A model generated the notes under the pieces. The model did no database searches. It saw only the letters and a program-made list of their open reading frames with translations, and was not told the DNA's origin. The position numbers and the translations under genes are program-made. Positions 37,423 to 49,716 of a stretch of DNA of 61,472 nt are shown in pieces (positions within the stretch are counted from its first letter, which is position 1; each line of letters begins with the position of its first letter). The stretch spans positions 1 through 61,472 of the forward strand of contig JAUCBJ010002569.1 of the NCBI GenBank assembly GCA_032718475.1, given 5' to 3'. The DNA comes from Nemertoderma westbladi. Lineage: Eukaryota; Animalia; Xenacoelomorpha.

Positions 37423-39108
37423 CTAAAGAATAAGCAATGAAGAGGTCACATGCATGCATCCAGCCATCCCCATAAATGTCAGCAATCTCCATGAATGTAA
37501 GTTCATAATTGTTTATAAGGTCCTAACCAATCATGAAAAACATTTAAGGAAAGTTATTATAAATATATGATATATGATATGATTAATTTCGTTATTTTTA
37601 TTTAGTAGGTCATATTAATTGATACAATCATTAGTAATATGTGAGGGAGTAAGGGTCTAAGCCTCGATACCAAAAATATAAATATTAAAAATTTAATTCT
37701 TATTTCCAATACACAAAACCAAAATCTGTGTTCTAGAACACTAATATATATTTTTTTTAATGTATCTGATCCATCCCGTTACACTCCACCTACCTGGAGA
37801 ATGGGGAGGTGGACTGATTTACGAATCAGTTCAGGTATGTAGCCAATATTCCATACCAGATAATGTAGGAAGCAATGTTAGCCATGAGATGATTTAATAA
37901 CTCATCCCAGGGGAAAGGGGCTAATACAGGGTAAAGGGGGCATGAGAATATAGGAGTGGAATAAGCCAAACAATGGGAGGACCACAGCTGGTTGTAACAA
38001 GGTGTATCGATTGGTTGGCAGGTTTACTTGTTAGGGCTGTGTAATACATTCCCCCTAATTTTCCTCATATATAAACATACTAGTAAAGAATACTCAATTC
38101 AAAATAACTATTCACATACTTGTATGTGAAGTAGCACTTTACAGTGTGATGATCTGAGTGCTTTGTTACACGAACAAACATAGTGAGTGAGTGAAAATAA
38201 AGCCACGAGGATCAGAACACTGTAAAATACTTTGCAACAAGTATGTATGTAGTTTTATTCCAAAATTGTAGCATTACGAAATGATTGTATATATATTTAT
38301 AAGTGATAGAAACTGCACAAAATAAATTAGTTGCTGTATAAATAAATGTAAAAATGACATAAATTTTGTTATGAAAAAGTTAGCTTATATTTATGGTGGC
38401 ATTTGGAGCCATGTTAATAGTTTATAGCTACTGGATATTAATAGCAACTGGTAGGTAATGCCTTTCTGGTTGTCAGGCAATTAATTATAAATTCCAACTA
38501 TTGACTATGTGGTAACCATGACGACATGACTTTACGGTCACACCGTCGGGGCATTACATAAATAATAATACACCAATACAATACTAAATGTACAGGCCAA
38601 TAAAATAATGTAATCTCCTCTAAAGTTGTAAGGGGCTAAATAACAATTCGCTGTTAATACTAGTGGCATTGAGTAATCCTACAATTTTGGAAAAATATAC
38701 TATGCAACTATAAAATTACATAGCACATGTGTCTAGAATGAAGAATATCCATGGAAACAGCAATCTTTTGTGGAATAATAAAACAATATAATGTTAAATA
38801 AAATTATTATTTATAATTATAATTATTTTTAAATTATTTGGGTCGGAATTATCCTATGCTGGATCTGGACAATGAACATTTTCCATGAAAATTTCATTCG
38901 ATCTCTGAGTGGGTCGGAAATGTCCCTGTCGCAATTGCCCGGGTCGGAATTGTCGGATCATGCCACTGTAAACTGATCATATCCCTTAAGCTTCCTTCAT
39001 CCCATTCAGACCTTATCTCATTCAGAGCATCATAATAATCGCATTTTACATATAAAATATGATGAAAGCTTTAAAGGACATTCAAGATCTGGCTGGATGC
39101 TTACGGAC

Positions 39109-39925
39109 CTGTTTCTCCTCCTAAGAAATGATGGGACACAAAGATGATGAATGTGACAATTAAAATGAAACTTTCTGGCATTCGAGTTAATAATCCTTCA
39201 CAGAAATATGTCTTTTGTGTCTCCTTTATTTCTGAACTACGTGATTTATTAATTCTTCTACAGAAAGCCTTCTCCCAAGCATATAATTTGATGATTCGCA
39301 TACCCATAATAACTTCATTCATTAGTTTTATTCTTGAATCTGTCAATTCACAAGCTTTCTTTTTATAGTGGGCTATCCATTTACCAATAAATATTTGAGA
39401 GGGAAAATATATACAGAAAAAAATAAATCCAAAAACAGAAGCCAGACCAATGAGTCTATAGATTAGTCCAAATATCACAAAAATAACCAAAGGCATAATA
39501 ATGGAATATGACATTAGAGGTAGAGCTGTTGTAAAAATATCACTATCAGTTGATATTAAATTGTTGACCTTCCCAATTGTAACTTTATTTAACGTTCTTC
39601 GATTCATATTTAGGAGTTTTCTGTAAATCATGGTTTGCAGTCCAATCCGTATCCTGACTTCTATGATATAGAAATGGTGAAACATTCTATGGCCTCCCAC
39701 AGAACTGAATACAGAACACAGAGTCAATGTAAAAGTATATAGTAATGCTTCAGTTGAACCCATGGTGCTATTGGGAACAAACTTCTGCAATAATTTCCCT
39801 AATACAAGGCTCTGTGCTATATTGCAAGATACTACAAATATAGGTAAAGGCAATAAAACCAGAATATCTCGCCATAATGTTAGGAAGAGAGCGCGATGTA
39901 GGAGTGGATTCTTCTTCTTGCATTC
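39109..39925 (-). CDS. ABCC4-like: ABCC4-like exon 2 (TMD1)
   Basis: Acceptor TTTTCTTCTAG|GAA (phase 0). MIYRKLL, GKVNNLISTD and MNEVIMGMRIIKLYAWEKAF are present. Donor ACAG|GTCCGT (phase 1) is compatible with exon 3. Confidence 0.88.
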
Positions 39926-40029
39926 CTAGAAGAAAATACATAAAATAAAATTAGATCATCAAGTTATCAATAAAATTCCCAGGCCACTTAGACTGTTTTT
40001 CATGAAGATATTACTAAATAATCTGCGTC

Positions 40030-40310
40030 ACTTCTAGGCTATTTGGATGATGAGACTCTCCGCGGAAGCTCTGAGAACCTGGAAAGGGCTCTTGACATTC
40101 TGCAGCAGTGAGGCTCCCAACGTCCACAGTCAGGCTTGCACGTGAACTGCATCAAATTGCAGGTCTTTCTCCCTGACAACACATGTCTCTCTGTATATGT
40201 TTTCTGCCATTTTAAATTGATGTTATTATTATGTTATTTATGTTCTGTTGGCCTCACCCTGCTTGGTGCACCCATTGGTCCTGCATCATTCTGTGAAGAG
40301 GTCGTCATCA
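40030..40310 (+). pseudogene. CRE-like RT remnant inside ABCC intron 1
   Basis: YLDDETL and GLTLLGAPIG motifs occur in a broken frame. Confidence 0.55.
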
Positions 40311-41721
40311 TAACGGTTTTTGACATTAATGAGTACTTTTGGAGCAGCGTTTGTGGCTCAAGGGTGGGACAGAAATGAAGTCTCAAGGCAATTTGCCTCA
40401 GTCAACATACAAAAAAGCTACTATGATTATAACTTAGGAGTAACTCAACGACGGGCAAAGATTTTACACAACATACTAGCGCTTTCAAAATATAAAGAGA
40501 ATCGTAACAATGAACTATACACAACAGGGGAAGCAAACAAACTATAAAAGATCTACATGTGTACCATGTAAGGAGATGCTACCTATGAAGAAATTTCACT
40601 CCAATACTAGTGATATTTTAATCTGTATACTATTAGATGTAACAAGACATGTAACAGCAACAATCTTGTGTATATAGTAACATGCCTTAAATACAATAAA
40701 CAAGGGGTGGGCTCAACCATTAAATTCCTGTATTTAGTAACATGCCTTAAATACAATAAACAAGGAGTGGGCTCAACCATGAAATTCCAAGCTATGACAG
40801 GAAACTATAAATCTCTAACAGAAAGACACTGAGTTGTACAATTGATGCACATTTCACCAAATTAGAAGACCATGCGTTTGCAGATGTTAGGATCACACCC
40901 ATTGAAACAGTAACAGCGAGTACAAAGAACTTAAAGACAAAACTAAGAAAAATGGAGGGATACTGGCAATGCCAACTGAATCTACAAGCCTTTGATCCAT
41001 CTTAGAGACTCATACTGTAAAACACTTTAAATAATAGTATAATTTTAATATGTGTAGTTTCTTAGAAACTAACATTTACTATTATTTAGCTACTGTGAAA
41101 GCATGATTAATGCCCCTGATTTAGACATAATGCCTAAAGCGTATTTATTGGGATGACATATGTAATTATTGGGGTGCATTGGGGTGATTAGCATAATCAT
41201 TGGGTGCATTGAGGTGATTATTGGGGTGAATTGCGGTGCATTGGGGTGTATTTGGGTGCATTTGCATTGGGGCGTTTAGACGGACCCCAAAAAGTTGGTG
41301 TGTGTGAGGGGGTCCAGCAACAAGTTTCAGAAACAGGTTGCAGAAACAAGTTGCTCCATGTGATTCCATTACAGCTATAGGCCCTATAGTTTACAATGCA
41401 TAGTTAAGGTTTGCTTAGAGTCTGAGAGATGGCGAAAGAGCAAGCACAGCCTTACTTAAATTTGGCAGGCAAAGCACTTCTTGGTTGCTAGGCCCTCTCT
41501 ATTACTACCACAGAGTCATTCATCTGGAGTCAAGTTCTATAGTCAAAGTCAACTGTACACTTTAACTAAGAAGCATTCACCTGGACTGCTGCATTCATTG
41601 TAACCCCTTCACAATATTAAATGTTGCAAAGATTTTTTAATTAATCTATATACTGCTTATCATACACTCTACTATCATCATTAAATTATTCATTTTTGCA
41701 TTACCAATAGGGCGCGAGGTA

Positions 41722-41940
41722 GGGTCAGAGTAAAACGCGGATCCGGATCCGGATTCTACATTTAACATTGTCCCTACGGAAGTCAATTTTTTTTACATTT
41801 TTATAACTCCCAAAAATAAAACTATAACCTGTTCTATTGACTTTAGTTTATTGTTTTGGTTAAAACAACGTGCCACTGTAACCGGCTCCTTTCCCTTAAT
41901 TGATAATTTTGGAATCTGGATCCACGTTTTACACCTACCC
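41722..41940. mobile_element. MITE with 9-bp TSD (Mutator-like)
   Basis: Imperfect TIR GGGTCAGAGTAAAACGCGGATCC / GGATCCACGTTTTACACCTACCC. Direct repeat CGCGAGGTA at 41713-41721 and 41941-41949. Confidence 0.8.
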
Positions 41941-42284
41941 CGCGAGGTAGGCCTAGGCCTAGCAGTTCAGTCTGTCACTCTGCAAGTTGGGTCTTGGGCA
42001 TCTACGTGATGCAGGCCGTCCCGAGCACGTGAACGTGAAATGCCGTTATCTTGAGGATAATTATTTTATTTGTGAATGCATAATAATTGAGGTCAAATTG
42101 GGCTATTCTGTAGAGATTTTTGCCAAAATTGCTGCTCAGCAGGCAGGAAACTGTGTATAACAGTTGTCTATGGAGCATATTTTCAAATTATTTTCGCCAT
42201 TTGATGGAAGAAGATTAAGAGATTGGGCGTCTTTGATTGCAGTATTCTCCATTTCCAATTTATCACAAATTTCGACAATATTAT

Positions 42285-42912
42285 GATTGTAAGCAGATCC
42301 AATCCGCTACACACCACCAATATTGGGATTGTAAGTGGATCCATCCCGCTACACGCCACCAATATTTGGATTGTAAGCGGATCCATCCTGTTAGCTACAC
42401 GCCACCAATATTTGGATTGTAAGCAGATCCATCCCGCTACACGCAACCAATATTTGGATTGTAAGTGGATCCATCTCGCTACACACCACCAATATTTGGA
42501 TTGTAAGCGGATCCATCCCGCTACACGCCACCAATATTTCGATTGTAAGCGGATCAATCCCACTACATGCCACCAATATTTGGATTGTAAGCGGATCCAT
42601 CCCGCTACACGCCACAAATATTTGGATTGTAAGCGGATCCATCCCGCTACACGCCAACAAATATTTGGATTGTAAGCGGATCCATCCCGCTACACACCAC
42701 CAATATTTGGATTGTAAGCGGACCCATCTCGCTACACGCCACCAATATTTGGATTGTAAGCGGATCCATCCCGCTACACGCCACCAATATTTCGATTGTA
42801 AGCGGATCCATGCCACCAATATTTGGATTGTAAACGGATCCATCACGCTACACGCCACAAATATTTGGATTGTAAGCGGATCCATCCCGCTACACGCAAC
42901 AAATATTTGGAT
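42285..42912. repeat. 42-bp minisatellite (TTTGGATTGTAAGCGGATCCATCCCGCTACACGCCACCAATA), about 15 copies
   Basis: Visible tandem array, intronic. Confidence 0.95.
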
Positions 42913-43420
42913 CATGCACTTCTGGGAGCATATGATCATGTCTTTTAGCCATCAAAAATTTCATTTTTTTTTATAAATCTCAGAAAATATCATAAATGTA
43001 CAACTGGTATAAACAAGTTAAACTGATTAACTATTCTAGAACAATTTTAATTTTATGGAAACAAAGACAACATGAAAAAATTAAATAAAGGAACAAATTA
43101 GCTTGTTGTTTTTTTGTACTAGAACAAAAAATATTTGTTCTAGAACAAAATTTGAATATTAAATTAATAGCATTACTAGCTAGTATAGAAAATTGGGGGG
43201 GGGGGGGGGGGGGGGGTGCACAAAACACACTAGTACCTTCCTTGTTTTCTCCCATAAGTAGCTATTTATAGCTAATGTTATAGAATCCTATGCTTTTTTT
43301 ATACAAACCAGGCTTTTATCTAAAAAATGTCTAGAACAAAAAATATTTGTTCTAGAACATTAATTTAGCGTAAAATACATTATTTCATATTTTAATATAA
43401 AAAAATGGATCTAGGTCAAT

Positions 43421-43498
43421 CCGGACAATTCGGTCCCGAACAATTCGGCCCTAGGACAATTCGGTCCCGGACAATTCGGTCCCGGACAATTCGGTCCC
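43421..43498. repeat. 15-bp tandem repeat (GGACAATTCGGTCCC), about 5 copies; probable subterminal repeat of a non-autonomous element
   Basis: Visible. A related motif (GGGTCGGAATTGTC) occurs in the opposite orientation at about 38839-38958. Confidence 0.7.
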
Positions 43499-44463
43499 TG
43501 TCCGTTTGCTGATAGCAACTTTTTAGTGCTTTTTTGATATTGGTGAATGTTCTAGTACATTAGTATTTTTTTATGGTAGCTAGTGTTTTTTTACTAGCTA
43601 GAATTTTTTGAAATTTAAAAAATACGGCATTTTTTTTTATTTTTGTTATTGGTAAGTGTTCGAGAACATTATTATATATTATTTATTAAGGTGTAGCTAG
43701 TGTTTTGTTTTACTAGCTAGCATTTTCTTGAAATTATAAAAAAATTTGTGAAAACATTGATATTTCAGAATTAGGCCTAAATAAACTGTTGCAAAATATA
43801 TTAATTACCAAAAATATTGATGATATTATAACAGTTTAAGCTGAACAGAACATCGTGGTACGTTTTACCACTTTCACCACAATTTATACAGTATATTATT
43901 ATGTTGCCGTGGAAACTGTCATAGTAAATACTCCACAATTTTACGATTGTGAACAGCTCACGGACACACAAAACAAATGGCTATAAAAAACTTAGGCCCA
44001 GGGAGCAGAAAGTCTACCCAAGTTTTTTTTCACTCATGTCCAACTAGGATTCGGTGACAAAACCCCGTCCACCCCAAAATTCATACAGGGTCTAAGGCCA
44101 GGGACTGGAGTAATATACAAAATCTATGATTTTGATAATTAATTTTTCTATAATAGAAAAATTGCTACGAATGAAAAATATCAATGTCAGCGAATATATC
44201 TTAATAAAATATGCTTAGTTTTTAAAATTAGAATTGGAGGAATTCTATTTTTTAAGTGGAATTATTTTGGGAACAGGGGTTGTGGGGATCGTCTAATCTT
44301 ATGATCATACCGATTTGCATCCCAATCCGCAGGTCGACATCCCACTGTACCAGAAAAAAAGAATGATGATAGAAAACATTTATTAGATTGCCTGTTGAAC
44401 CCAATGATAAAAGCAGCTATTTATATGTACCGGTATAAAAGTTTAAATAACTACTTAACTTAC

Positions 44464-44679
44464 CTGGTCCCAGATTGTTTGGAATGCTTTGTGAATATTT
44501 TCTGCTTTCTCTTTCGGTAAATTATCATAGAAATCCTCTTTAACTAATTTTCGTTTTCTAGCAATAGATACGAAGGGAAGTAGAAAGCAATATGTGAGTC
44601 TGAGGAATAAGTTTGTGGTATAATATGGATTAGGTGGTGGTTTGGATGGAGTAGTAGTAGGGTTGGTGGTGTCTTTCAT
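44464..44679 (-). CDS. ABCC4-like: ABCC4-like exon 1 (L0/lasso region)
   Basis: ATG at 44679. NPYYTTNLFLRLTYCFLLP..RKL..EDFY matches the short-ABCC N-terminus. Donor CAG|GTAAGT, phase 0. Spliced CDS 216+817+3056 nt = 1362 aa. Confidence 0.85.
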
Positions 44680-45004
44680 TGTACAGCGATTAACTAATAA
44701 CAATTCGAACCGAAATTATATAAATGTTTGGCAACACTAATTAATACAGGCAAATATAGCAGCTATAAGTGAATAATGAATTTCAATGTTGAAGGTAACT
44801 AAGAATTGAACTTAGTAGTTTCCTATGAGTTAAATTATAATCTCAATCTTATTATTATATACTGGATTGCATTAGAAAGATAGTAATATTATTGGTTGTT
44901 GCCAGGCTTAAAGTTCCATCTTACATCATTCAAGCGAGTTATTGACCAATGAGCCTGTGGTACACTTTGAATGTAAATTTACCTCTGCAAAATTAGCAGA
45001 ATCA

Positions 45005-45700
45005 TTACTACTTGTACTAGTACTACTACTACTGCTACTACTACAGTATAATCGACCTGCTGCATTGCAGCTGCACATTGAGATGATATGCTGGTTTAAC
45101 AAAAATATTTTGCTACCACCACAATTAACATACTCCAATGTAGTGTGCATTAAAAATACTATGCTGGCTTATCGACGAAATTGCGCTGCCACAACTCCTT
45201 ATCCCACATGACTCTCGCGAGACCATCTGTTTCTTCATGTCCATGGTCCTTTAATAGGCGTCACAAGATCCTCTGCAGTTAGGGCCCAACATGGACTCCC
45301 ATATAAGAGTACTGGTACTGCTGCTGCCCTAATAATCGAACCTTTGAGATTCCATTGTACACTATGGGACTTTCAAATCTTGGATACACTATTTAATTCT
45401 GGCCATGCCTTCCCCTTACATATCCGAAAGTCTTCACCTGACTTCCAGATCCATGATTCGAAGTAGCAGAAGTCCTCCTCGTGCTCAAGCAAGCCATCCA
45501 TGGAGCTTACAATCAGACATTTCCTGAGGGCTGTCAAGGTTCACTGTCATAATTTTGGTCTTTTTGGAGTTTACAAAAATACCAACACTAGAAGCACCCT
45601 GCTCCAATGAGCAGAGGAGCCTTTGGGCTCCAGCTAGTGATTCTGAAGGTATGCCTAAGTCATCAGCAAAGTTTAGATCAGTAAGGTACTGCATGGGAGA
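45005..45700 (-). pseudogene. Degenerate RTE-group fragment with (TAG)n tail
   Basis: YLTDLNFADDLG..SESL.GAQRLL; CTACTACTA tail at about 45005-45045. Confidence 0.75.
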
Positions 45701-47082
45701 GCCATGAAAGTAGGCGATGCCCCTGACAATGTTTGTTAGAGGGTGGGTCGATAATGTCAAAAACTGTCGTTATCAGATTTTGATTCTCTAATAACTTTGT
45801 GAGATTTAAAGCTGTCACGTTGAAAATTTCGAGATATCAATACTATCAGGAGGTAAATGCTATTCCTACACCTACATGTACGTGTACCGTAAGTATACAG
45901 GTTGGGTTTTCTACAATATTCATAATTTTCGTTAATAACTTTAAACCCACCTCTGAAACCTGCTTCTTTACGATTTTGCCCAGAAGGTGTAGCTGTGTAG
46001 GCTATGTAGGTGTGAAACAATGTTTTTCATTGTTTAACATTATCTGAATTTTGTAAAGTTTTTATTATCTATGTAAATAAATGAAACTTATGAGACAGAA
46101 AAAAAAGCTGTATAAGCATAGGCGTAGCATTTACCCCCATACTATCAAAATTTGAGATTAATGCCAGACATTCCATTCAACTGACTGCTATAGTTGGTAA
46201 AATATGTAAACATTATAAACAGCCTCCCATTTCTGACAATCCATTCAAGCTATGCTCCAGTGGATGAATATATTACAAATATATTGCATTATTTGTTTAT
46301 TTACATTCGTGCTTGTTATACAAGATATATACATATATATATAGATGGAAAAGACAGTAACCACTTCCTTTTATATCATCGCTTTGCCTTTAGTACCTTA
46401 ACAATATAAATCATAACAAAAAAAAAACCCTCAAAATAAATTTAAATTTATCTCTGCAGTGGCCTTGAAGGTCACTGCAATGGCGTTGGCTCTCATAGGA
46501 CAAGAAGTGGAACTTTTATATAAGTATAATTTTATTCACTGCGAGGCCATTTGAATTTAAGCACATATCACACAACTTAATTTTTATTTTATTTAATTTA
46601 GTACTTACTTGATAGACAACCACCATGCAACATTCATCTATCTTATCATTCATCTATAATATGGTTCTCAATCTCTACTTTCATCCCGCTATTTGAATTA
46701 TTATTTTGTGATGCGAGGGGTGTCTAGGCAAACCCGAGGATGATAAATGGTCGACCATTAATTAATAAATGGTCACCATAAATTATAAGATGGTCGACTA
46801 TAAATTAAAAGAAACAAATGCATATGATTGGTGGTTTAGAAGTGAGGTAATTTTACCATAAATTCAAGGAAACAAGCGCATGTGGTTGGTGGTTTCAAAA
46901 ACAAGAGAATTTTGAATGTCACAATTGTCCTTTAATTACAGTGGTTGAATTCGCACACATAATTGTCAGAGCGATTTACTTTTATCGAAATTGACACAAA
47001 TTGACAAAAAAATTATATTTTAAAAGGATAAAATGACATCAAAATGTAATTTAAATGTACAAAATTTTGTACAAATACTTAG

Positions 47083-48455
47083 CTACAACTAGGACCGGCA
47101 TGCTGGAGTGTAGCTGTATTTTTAAGAGTGCTGTGCCAGCTTGTCAACAAAATTGCGCCGCCACTTAAAGGCCAGTGTCCTTTAAGTTGCATCTCAAGAA
47201 AGTCATGAGCTGTCCACCATGCTTATTCACTCCATGAGGGCGCCAAAACACAAGATTATGCACTGGCTGGTCCTCACGGCGAAAGCAATGTCCTGCAAAG
47301 CGGAGGTGGCTTTGTTCTAGTGTCAAGCTTGGGGGAACCAATGAGACACCTCCAATGTTATATAGTGTCTGGTTGCAGATGTGTGCATTGTACTTGACAC
47401 AGTGAATCCCGGCATAGCATTCTTGTGAATGTGCCATCCAGAGATTTGGTGTCCTCAGCAGTTAGAGCCCAGCATGGACTCCCATAGAGGAGTACTGGAA
47501 CTGCTGCTGCTCTACATACTCTTAAGTATGCGCTGAATTCTATGTGACTTCCAAATCCTGCAAAGCCTATTCAAGGCTGCCTATGCCTTTCCTTTGCGTA
47601 TTCGAAGGTCCTCGCCTGACTTCCGGATCCATGATCCAAGGTTACAGAGCTAAGAGAGGTGTCATGCTCAAGCATACCATCCTATGAGCTTATGCTCATG
47701 CGGTCAGACACTTGCTGAGGACTTTCAAAGTTAACTGTCAAAATGTTGGTCTTTTTGGAGTTAATAAAAATACCAACACTAGAAGCAGTCTGTTCTAATG
47801 AGCTGAGGAGCCGTTGGACTCCCTCTAGTGATTCTGAAAGTACTCCTAAGTCATCAGCAAAGTCTAGATCAGTTAGATACTTAGCAGGATTTCCTTAACT
47901 TCTGGAGCCAGTAGGTGGAGTTGCCATCACCCCATCATCATTATGATGATCTAAGGACATGCGCATTATGATGATCTAAGGACATGCGTAGAACATAGTC
48001 AACCACAATTATGAACAAGAATGGTGCAAGTGTGTCTCCCTGGAGGACTCCCCATAACACTTCAAATGGTTCTGTGTCACCGCCAACAGTAGACACAAAT
48101 GTTGTCGAACCATCATATACTGATCTGATTGCTGCAATAATTTCATAAGGAATCCAATATAATGAACGTATGCTGAACATACATGAGTGAGAGACTGAAT
48201 CAAAGGCCTTGAAGAAGTCAACATAGATAACAGCCAGATGCCTGCCTTTCTTTTTTGATAACTCTTCAATTATCCTTCTAAGTGCCAAAATGGGCTCCAT
48301 GGTCCCATGACCTTTACAGAACCCATTCTGATTTCCACGGAGCAGACTCTCAATGGGATCCCTGATGCGGTTTAATAAAATACTATTGTATCAATGAGAT
48401 TCCCCGAAAAGAACCATAGAGTGTTAGGTTGCCCTTCTTAGGAACTGGCACCAAC
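47083..48455 (-). pseudogene. Second copy of the RTE family (5'-truncated, frameshifted)
   Basis: High similarity to 29114-30495. Begins LVPVPKKGNLTLYGSFRG. Small internal duplication near 47940-47990. Confidence 0.9.
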
Positions 48456-49017
48456 TTATTTGTTTTCATTTCTAGTGTTGTTCTGTACATGTCTACTATG
48501 ATGGGATAGATGAGCTTTAAACACTCAGGTATTTTAAAGGGGGGACACCATCTTCTCCACTGGCAAATACTTAGTAAGAACTAATCTATCTGTGCAACTA
48601 ACAAGGAATTTGCTAAATATTATCAGTTTTTTCAACTGGGTATTCAGCCTAATTTGATCGCCGACCAGGTTCGGCGATGACTCAATACAACACGGCACGG
48701 TCTGAACATTTTCCATATTTCCATGATTACATTATTAACAACACTAGATTTATATAAATCAATATATAATGTTTATTGATAGTAACAATGTGTAGGCAAG
48801 CTGTATTTTTCGAGGTGTTTGTTATTATACATTTATTATAGGAAGGGATCTAGGGGTCTTAGCCTCGAATGATAAGTTTATTTTACCGAAAATAACTTAT
48901 CTTTTATTGGCGCAATTGTAGGACTAATCCCATCACATCCGTACTTTTTAACTGGGTAGTGTACAAATTTAGGAATCGCGTAATTTTTCTTGAAATTAAT
49001 ATCTCATATCTCTCCAA

Positions 49018-49060
49018 ACCACGTACGCGTTTCGACCTTACTGGGTCTCATCAGCGTGGT
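49018..49060 (-). ncRNA. Minimal type I hammerhead ribozyme (intact copy)
   Basis: ACCACG-CTGATGA-GACC(CAGTAA)GGTC-GAAA-CGCGTA-CGTGGT: 6-bp stem I, 4-bp stem II, palindromic stem III ACGCGT, GUA cleavage triplet. Confidence 0.93.
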
Positions 49061-49203
49061 GTCGGATTCGAACCTGGGACCTAATAATAATAACAAACAC
49101 CTCGAAAAATACAGCTTGCCTACACATTGTTACTATCAATAATCAAAAATCAGGGGCTAATAAAATGGCAGCTGGCTTTGAAATTAATACTCCATATCTC
49201 AAG

Positions 49204-49262
49204 AACCTGTGGCCTAGTGGTTGTAGTCTCGGCTTCCACCTCGAGGTGCCAGGTTTGAATCC
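49204..49262 (+). promoter_or_regulatory. tRNA-derived Pol III head (A and B boxes), copy 1
   Basis: A box TGGCCTAGTGG at 49210-49220. B box is mutated (GGTTTGAATCC). Loop CTTCCAC resembles tRNA-Gly(TCC). Confidence 0.7.
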
Positions 49263-49265
49263 GAC

Positions 49266-49308
49266 ACCATGCTGATGAGACCCAGTAAGGTCGAAACGCG
49301 TATGTGGT
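49266..49308 (+). ncRNA. Minimal type I hammerhead ribozyme
   Basis: CTGATGA at 49272-49278, GAAA at 49293-49296, cleavage predicted after 49302. Stem I has two G-U pairs. Confidence 0.88.
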
Positions 49309-49611
49309 TTGGAGAGATATGAGATATTAATTTCAAGAAAAATTACGCGATTCCTAAATTTGTACACTACCCGGTTAAAAAGTACGCATGTGATGGGATT
49401 AGTCCTACAATTGCGCCAATATAAGATAAGTTATTTTCGGTAAAATAAACTTATCATTCGAGGTTACCCCTAGATCCCTTCCTATAATAAATGTATAATA
49501 ACAAACACCTCGAAAAATACAGCTTGCCTACACATTGTTACTATCAATAATCAAAAATCAGGGGCTAATAAAATGGCAGCTGGCTTTGAAATTAATACTC
49601 CATATCTCAAG

Positions 49612-49670
49612 AACCTGTGGCCTAGTGGTTGTAGTCTCGGCTTCCACCTCGAGGTCCCAGGTTCGAATCC
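49612..49670 (+). promoter_or_regulatory. tRNA-derived Pol III head (A and B boxes), copy 2
   Basis: A box TGGCCTAGTGG and consensus B box GGTTCGAATCC at 49660-49670. No acceptor stem, so this is not a tRNA gene. Confidence 0.78.
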
Positions 49671-49673
49671 GAC

Positions 49674-49716
49674 ACAACGCTGATGAGACCCAGTAAAGTC
49701 GAAACGCGTACGTGGT
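49674..49716 (+). ncRNA. Minimal type I hammerhead ribozyme with one mismatch each in stems I and II
   Basis: ACAACG-CTGATGA-GACC(CAGTAA)AGTC-GAAACGCGTA-CGTGGT. Confidence 0.8.

Noticed and set aside
37423-37492. N-terminus MEIADIYG... of the 1041-aa ORF
   Set aside because: It lies upstream of the TTCTTTAG acceptor and is intronic in the gene model.
42183-42976. Repeat ORFs or a CRISPR-like array
   Set aside because: Pure 42-bp minisatellite without unique spacers, in a eukaryotic intron, with no cas genes.
31792-43216. Long G tracts (about 31792-31815 and 43195-43216) and short local duplications (31662-31725, 40675-40788)
   Set aside because: Common slippage products with no further structure.
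49204-49270. tRNA-Gly gene
   Set aside because: No acceptor stem and a bulged anticodon stem; the 3' part is replaced by the ribozyme. It is a SINE-type head.
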